A stretch of DNA of 64,000 nt from Anaeromyxobacteraceae bacterium (GTDB lineage: Bacteria; Myxococcota; Myxococcia; Myxococcales; Anaeromyxobacteraceae), in the NCBI GenBank assembly GCA_032654565.1, contig JAULAX010000018.1, forward strand, positions 320,001 to 384,000, written 5' to 3'. Positions 58,554 through 64,000 of this stretch are shown here, one piece after another (position 1 is the stretch's first letter; every line of letters starts with the position of its first letter). A model generated the notes under the pieces. The model was not told the origin of the DNA. It did no database searches and saw only the letters and a program-made list of their open reading frames with translations. A program made the translations under genes and the position numbers.

Positions 58554-60332
58554 TTGGTGCGCCAGAGCGTGCTGACCTTTGCAGCCCTGAACGCGGTCGC
58601 TGCCGTGGTCCATGGCCTGGGCCACCTCGCCATCCCGGGGCCCAGCCTCGGCGCCGCTGGACGCGCCTATCTCGCTCTGGCCCTCGCATCGCAGTCGGTG
58701 CTCCTCGCCGTGGCCGTCACGCTTCCAGCGCTCGGGCTGGCCTGGATGCGGCCGCTCCGTGGCCTGGCGGCCCCGGTCGCCGTGGTCGCCGGTGCCGCGC
58801 TTCACGCCTTCCTCTGGGCCGACCGAATTGTCTTCGCCATCCTCGGCACCCACGTGAACGGTGCGCTCCTGGCCGTGGCCTTCGCCCCCGGCGGCGTGGC
58901 CTCGCTCGAGATGCAGTGGGGTGAGCGAATCAGGATCGTCTCGGTCTTGCTGGCGCTCCTCGTCATCTCTACCCTGGCCTTCGCGGCCTCGGCGTGGTGG
59001 GCTCGCCGGGCGCAGCGAGGACCTGCGCTGGCGCCGCGGGCTCTCGCGGCGGCTGCGGTAGGCCTCTTCACCTGTGAGCGGGTCGTCTACACGGCCGGCG
59101 TCGCAGGGGGGTGGCGCGAGCCGGTGCGCGCCGCGGCGGCGCTTCCGCTCCACGACCTGGAGCAGGCGCTCCACGTCCGGCTTGCGCCTGAGCGCCTCCA
59201 CTATCCGCGCGCGCCACTCCGGTTCCAGCCGGTGGAAGCACCCCCCAACGTGCTCTGGATCGTGGTCGAGAGCTGGCGTAGCGACGCCCTCTCGCCCGGA
59301 ACCATGCCGGTGGTCTGGCGGTGGTCTCGCAATGCAACGCGCTTCCTCGATCACCGCAGCGGCGGAAATTGGACCAGCGCCGGCGTGTTCAGCATGTTCT
59401 ACGGACTCCACGCTGCGTACACCCAGGAGGTGGAGGAGGCCAGGCGTGGCCCTGTGGTGTTTGACCGGGTCCGGGAGCTCGGCTACGACATCCGCGTGGT
59501 GGCCTCCCGCGGCACCCGCTTTCCGCGCTTCGCTGCCACCGTCTTCGCTGGGCTACCGCCTGGCGCGGTCGAGGACGATCTCCCCGGCGAAGACTCCGCC
59601 ATGAAGGATCGAGCGCTCCTCGGCCGCGCCGTCTCATTCCTCGAGCGCCACGACCCGGCGCGCCCGTTCTTCCTCGCGCTGTTTCTCGACGCCACCCACC
59701 TCCCCTACGCCTTCGCCCCGGAGGCGGTGCGCTTCCGGCCCTTCACCGAGCGGCTCCACTACACCGAAATGACGGCACCCATGCCGCGCGAACCCATCTA
59801 CAACCGCTACCTGAATGCCGTCTCCGACGTCGACATCACCGTCGGGGGGATCCTCGAGGCGCTCGCCGCAAGCGGCGTCGAGGACCGGACCGTCGTCATT
59901 CTCACCGGCGACCACGGCCAGGAGTTCTACGAATACGGCGCGCTCGGCCACAACATCGCCCTCAACAGGCCGCAGACGGCCGTCCCGCTCCTCATGAAGA
60001 CCCCGGGGGTTCCGCCGGGCGACGTCCACGGACGGACCCGTCATGTGGACATCGTGCCGACGTTGATGGAGCGACTAGGGATCCTGAATCCGCCGTCCGA
60101 CTACACCCTGGGTCGTGCCCTGTCCGGTGCGACCGGCGCTAGCCACACCGTGATGTGCGGTTGGATCGACTGCGCCGTGCTCGATCCGGACGGCTTCACC
60201 ACCGTCTTTCGACCGCGGGAGCCGCACCGCCCGCCCAGGGTCTACGACCCGGACTGGAAGGAGGCGCCGGCCCGTGGCGCCTCGCCCGACCTTCCCAAGG
60301 TGCGGCGGGAGCTCAGGGTCTTCCTCGAATGA
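58554..60332 (+). CDS. Membrane-anchored sulfatase-like hydrolase/transferase (YejM/LtaS-like); start uncertain
   Basis: About 5 N-terminal TM helices, then [36 protein letters not shown] and T.HVDIVPTL motifs. Confidence 0.82.
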   Translation: MVRQSVLTFAALNAVAAVVHGLGHLAIPGPSLGAAGRAYLALALASQSVLLAVAVTLPALGLAWMRPLRGLAAPVAVVAGAALHAFLWADRIVFAILGTHVNGALLAVAFAPGGVASLEMQWGERIRIVSVLLALLVISTLAFAASAWWARRAQRGPALAPRALAAAAVGLFTCERVVYTAGVAGGWREPVRAAAALPLHDLEQALHVRLAPERLHYPRAPLRFQPVEAPPNVLWIVVESWRSDALSPGTMPVVWRWSRNATRFLDHRSGGNWTSAGVFSMFYGLHAAYTQEVEEARRGPVVFDRVRELGYDIRVVASRGTRFPRFAATVFAGLPPGAVEDDLPGEDSAMKDRALLGRAVSFLERHDPARPFFLALFLDATHLPYAFAPEAVRFRPFTERLHYTEMTAPMPREPIYNRYLNAVSDVDITVGGILEALAASGVEDRTVVILTGDHGQEFYEYGALGHNIALNRPQTAVPLLMKTPGVPPGDVHGRTRHVDIVPTLMERLGILNPPSDYTLGRALSGATGASHTVMCGWIDCAVLDPDGFTTVFRPREPHRPPRVYDPDWKEAPARGASPDLPKVRRELRVFLE

Positions 60333-61854
60333 CGACCGAATGCTCGGGGATGCTGAACGGGGTCCCGTGCCACTCGGGGAGCATGTTGTCGTCGGTGATG
60401 ATCCTCGCCCCCGGCTCCGGGTTGTAGACACGAAAGCGCAGTTCGGAGAGGGTGACCAGCCCCGCCCGCCCCTCCGGTCGGGCCTGGTCGACCACCGGCC
60501 GCCCGTCGATCCGGGCCGCGGCCACGACGCGGGCGAAGCCGGGCCCGTCCCACTGGAGGGGGGCGTCGCTGGCGGCGAAGAAGGTGCCTACCTGGATTCC
60601 GTTGGTGAAGACCGAAAGCGCGGTCTCACGGGCCGGCACGTAGAAGGTGGTGTTGAAGAAGTAGAGTCCGCCGGCCTCGAGGTGGGCGCGAACCAGCTCC
60701 ACGAACTCACGTGAGAGGAGGTTGGTGGCGTGGCCTCGCCAATGGAGGGTCACGTTGGCAACGATCACGTCGAAGCGGCGCTCCGGGTGACGCGAGAGCC
60801 AGCGCCGCGCATCGTCCACCACGAGTTCGACCGAAGGGTTCGAGAGCAGGCTGGCCACCTCCGGCCGATCGCGGATGAGCTCCACATATCCGGGGTTGAT
60901 GTCGACGGCGGTCAGTCGCTCCACCCCGGGCAGATGGGATAGCACTTGCGCCCAGGAACCAGATCCGAGCCCGATCAGGAGGATCCTCCGCGGCGCAGGG
61001 TGGAGGACCCCCACGGCGTACGCGCGGTAGATGCCGTTCCGGTCGTTGAGCGGATCGGTGGAGAAGACGCCGTCGTAGGCGCCTCCGCCGTAGAGCGTGC
61101 CCTCCGAGGTGACTGCGATGACGCCGTGGCGGTTCTCGACGACGCGGGAGAAGCTGCGGCCCACGTCCTCGCGCTTCCACTGGAGCCTCTCCCAGAGCCG
61201 ATCGAGGAGACGGGGCGCCGCCATCGCGCAGCCGGCGGTGGCCAGGAGGGCCGCGACGGCCGTACCGACCTGCACGCCCCGGCGAAACCCGCCCGCCGCC
61301 ACCACTGCGAACACCAGCGCGAACCCGGCGGCGGCCAGGAGAACCGAGACCGCCGGTGTGTGGGCGACGTCGAGCAGGACGTATCCGGTCACGGCGCTTC
61401 CGAGGGCCGAGCCTACGATGTCGGCGAGGTAGAGGTGGGAGAGCCGGAGGCCGGCCTCCTCGCCCGGCGCAATGGCGAAGTGCGCTGCGAGCGGAAGCAC
61501 GGCCCCGAGCAGGCCCGCCGCGACACCGAGCAGGGGCAGGGCGGCGGCCCAGTGGAGGCGCACCGCGGCCTCCGCGATCGTCGGGATGACCAGGAAGGCG
61601 GCGATTGTCGCGACGGCGACGAAGGCGGCCACAAGGCCGGCCTCGCGGCGGCCCGGTGACGGCCGGCGCACGCACAAGGCACGGGCGGCGAAGGATGCGC
61701 CGGCGACACCGAGCAGGTAGGCGCCGAGGAGCGCGCCGAAGATCCAGGGCGCGCCGCCGGTTACATAGGACAGGGCCCGGAACCAGAGCACCTCGTAGGC
61801 GAGCCCCACGAAGCCAGCGAGCCCTGCCAGCACAAGGGAGGCCCGGAATCTCAT
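60313..61854 (-). CDS. Membrane domain plus spermidine-synthase-like SAM-binding domain
   Basis: [51 protein letters not shown] and TDDN motifs. Confidence 0.82.
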   Translation of the reverse strand: MRFRASLVLAGLAGFVGLAYEVLWFRALSYVTGGAPWIFGALLGAYLLGVAGASFAARALCVRRPSPGRREAGLVAAFVAVATIAAFLVIPTIAEAAVRLHWAAALPLLGVAAGLLGAVLPLAAHFAIAPGEEAGLRLSHLYLADIVGSALGSAVTGYVLLDVAHTPAVSVLLAAAGFALVFAVVAAGGFRRGVQVGTAVAALLATAGCAMAAPRLLDRLWERLQWKREDVGRSFSRVVENRHGVIAVTSEGTLYGGGAYDGVFSTDPLNDRNGIYRAYAVGVLHPAPRRILLIGLGSGSWAQVLSHLPGVERLTAVDINPGYVELIRDRPEVASLLSNPSVELVVDDARRWLSRHPERRFDVIVANVTLHWRGHATNLLSREFVELVRAHLEAGGLYFFNTTFYVPARETALSVFTNGIQVGTFFAASDAPLQWDGPGFARVVAAARIDGRPVVDQARPEGRAGLVTLSELRFRVYNPEPGARIITDDNMLPEWHGTPFSIPEHSVVIRGRP

Positions 61855-62444
61855 GCCTTCCTCGGTGACCTGCGCCAGAGCACGAGGGCCGCCAGGGCCA
61901 CGGCGAGATTTCCGACCGCAGCGACGAGAACCGAGCCCGCCTGCCCGAAGGTGCCGAGCAACGCGAAGGCCGCGACGAAGGCCGCCGCGGCGGAGCCCAG
62001 GGTGTTGACCGCGTACAGCGTGGAGACCGCGCGCCCGACATTGCTCCAGCGGCGCACCAGGTGGGTGGTGAGCAGCGGGAGTGTTGCGCCCATGCACAGG
62101 GTGGGCACGAGCAGGAGGGATAGGATCACCAGGGCGATCGCTGGGAGCGGCCAGCCCAGGGTCGCGCGACCGACGGCCTGGACCAGGGCCAGTGAGCCCA
62201 ACCCGAAGAGGCCGATGATCATCTCGGCTCCTGCGAAGAGCAGGATGGGCTCGATACGGCGGTGGCGGGAGAGCGCGCCGCCGGCCAGGCTGCCGAGCCC
62301 AAGACCGAGCATGAACACGGTCACGATCAGGGTGACCGATTCGCTGTTGATTCCGAACAGGGCGAAGAGCGCCCGCTGCCACACCACCTGGTAGACGAGC
62401 GCGGAGAAGCCGGAGAGGAAGAAGATGGCGAGGAGCGCGGGCAT
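61851..62444 (-). CDS. MFS-like membrane half of a fused MFS/spermidine-synthase family protein
   Basis: FFLSGFSALVYQVVWQR, FMLGLGLGS, MGATLP and LYAVNTLGSA motifs; ATGA overlap with the downstream gene. Confidence 0.82.
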   Translation of the reverse strand: MPALLAIFFLSGFSALVYQVVWQRALFALFGINSESVTLIVTVFMLGLGLGSLAGGALSRHRRIEPILLFAGAEMIIGLFGLGSLALVQAVGRATLGWPLPAIALVILSLLLVPTLCMGATLPLLTTHLVRRWSNVGRAVSTLYAVNTLGSAAAAFVAAFALLGTFGQAGSVLVAAVGNLAVALAALVLWRRSPRKA

Positions 62445-62516
62445 GCGGCCGGATGGTACCGCTTGTCGCGCTGGCGTGGAACGCGAACCACCGGCCCCGG
62501 GGCCGCCGCGACGGCC

Positions 62517-64000
62517 TCAGGCGGCGTGCACGTACCTGAACCAGACCAGCCCGTCGACGAAGGCGTCGCCGGTCGGCCGGTTCCAGCGCTGCGGCTCGGT
62601 CTTCCAGCGGGCCTCCAGCGCGGCCGCCAGCGCCCGAGCCTCGTCGAGATACCGGGCCCGCTCCGCCGCGGCGCCTGCGGGTTCGAGCGGCGCCTCGCAG
62701 CCAGGCCAGGGGGCGTGCCCCGCCGCCGCCGCCATCAGCGCGTCGGCGTCGAAGGTGAGGGGGACCGGGTCGGGCGGCTCGCCGCCGAGGTGGTGCCAGA
62801 CCCCGTCGCGCCAGCCCAGACGGTAGAGCGGCACGAAGGCCTCGCCGTGGTCGGCGATGAACTCCACGGCGGCCAGCAGGAACTCCACCTCGTCGGGGGT
62901 GGCATACCAGGGGAGCGAGAGCCGCACCCAGCCCGGCTTGAGCGCCAGCGTGCCGTCGGCGATGGCCTTGCGGTGCAGGGCGCTGCGCGCCTGGCCGACC
63001 CCGAGCAGCTTGTGGCCGTAAGGTCCGGCGCAGCCGCAGCCGGCCCGGTTCTGGATGCCGAAGAGGTGGTCGAGCAGCACCGAGGCCAGGTCGTGGTGCA
63101 GCCCCTCGACGTTGAAGGAGAGGATGGGCAGGCGCGGGCCGTCCGGGCCGTAGAGGGTGAGGCGCGGGTGGCGGCGCAGCCGCGCCACCGCCGCGGCCCC
63201 GAGGGCGAGGTCGTGGGCCAGGATCCGCTCGGCCCCGGCCGCCGCCTTGACCTGGAAGGCCAGCCCGGCGCGCAGGTCGCCGAGCAGGTCCGGGGTGCCG
63301 CCCTCCTCGCGCTCGGCCAGGTGCGAGGTGTAGTCGACCGAGAGCCGCTCGAAGGCGGCCACGTAGTCGACGGTGCCGCCGCCCGGCCGCTCCGGCACCC
63401 GCGAGCGGAAGAGGTCGCGGTGGGCCACCAGCACCCCCGAGCCCTCGCAGCCGCCCATGAACTTGTGGGTGGAGACGACCAGGGCGTCGAGCCGGGCCGC
63501 CGGATCGGCCGGGTGCATGTCGATGGGGACGTAGGGGGCGGCGGCGGCGTAGTCGGCGCAGGCCAGGAAGCCGTGGGCGTGGAGGATGCGGGCCACGGCG
63601 GCGACGTCGGTGAGGGCGCCGGTGACGTTGGAGGCGGCCGAGAAGGCGCCGATCTTGAGCGGGCGGTCGGCGAAGGCGCGGGCCCGGGCCTCGAGGTCGG
63701 CGAGGTCGAGCCGGCCGTCGGGGCCGAAGGTCACCTCGACCACCTCGGCGACGCTCTCGATCCAGGGCAGCTCGTTGGAGTGGTGCTCGTAGGGGGTGAC
63801 CAGCACCACCGGCCGCTCCCCGGCCGGGATGCGCCCGGCGAGGCGGTAGCGCCGCTCCAGCGGCTCGTCGATGCGCAGCCCGAGCAGCCCCACCAGCTTG
63901 TTGATGGCGGCGGTGGCGCCGCTGCCGGTGAAGAGGACCACGTCGTCGGGGCCGGCGTGGACGGCGGCGGCGATGCTGGCGCGGGACGCCTCGCGCAGCC
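62517..64000 (-). CDS. Class V PLP aminotransferase / cysteine-desulfurase-like protein (5' end outside window)
   Basis: FTGSGATAA, EHHSN, SAASNVTG, DYAA, STHKF, GGGTV, EEGGTP and RAGCGCAGPY motifs; the frame stays open to the window edge. Confidence 0.9.
   Translation of the reverse strand, partial: LREASRASIAAAVHAGPDDVVLFTGSGATAAINKLVGLLGLRIDEPLERRYRLAGRIPAGERPVVLVTPYEHHSNELPWIESVAEVVEVTFGPDGRLDLADLEARARAFADRPLKIGAFSAASNVTGALTDVAAVARILHAHGFLACADYAAAAPYVPIDMHPADPAARLDALVVSTHKFMGGCEGSGVLVAHRDLFRSRVPERPGGGTVDYVAAFERLSVDYTSHLAEREEGGTPDLLGDLRAGLAFQVKAAAGAERILAHDLALGAAAVARLRRHPRLTLYGPDGPRLPILSFNVEGLHHDLASVLLDHLFGIQNRAGCGCAGPYGHKLLGVGQARSALHRKAIADGTLALKPGWVRLSLPWYATPDEVEFLLAAVEFIADHGEAFVPLYRLGWRDGVWHHLGGEPPDPVPLTFDADALMAAAAGHAPWPGCEAPLEPAGAAAERARYLDEARALAAALEARWKTEPQRWNRPTGDAFVDGLVWFRYVHAA

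Overview
Very GC-rich bacterial DNA. Gene content and order point to an Anaeromyxobacter-like Myxococcota genome (inference). Two housekeeping blocks flank the window. The left block runs lemA-TPM-TPM, ModF-like ABC ATPase, M16 peptidase, RluA, UvrD/PcrA, rplM-rpsI, pilT, recX, bamD, TPR protein, selD with an in-frame Sec TGA, amidase, rph, rdgB and tRNA-Pro/His/Arg/Lys. The right block runs sspB-like, tRNA-Leu, tig, clpP and clpX. Between them lies a ~35 kb respiratory/accessory region. It holds a DUF2844 gene plus a frameshifted DUF3443-like aspartic-protease lipoprotein. It also holds two complete, paralogous six-gene Hyf/Ehr-type membrane complexes transcribed back-to-back, whose large subunits both lack the NiFe-binding CxxC motifs. 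Next come a collagen-like lipoprotein, a PAS fusion, and a clade II nos operon led by an Rrf2 regulator, a GltD/NfnB-like flavo-FeS protein and a Rieske/cytochrome b/pentaheme cytochrome c module. Fasciclin, a DUF1801-HhH fusion and malic enzyme close the region. After clpX come a sulfatase-like gene, a split membrane/spermidine-synthase-like pair and a partial class V aminotransferase. No integrase, transposase or CRISPR array was seen. All calls come from motif recognition by eye; no database searches were run.
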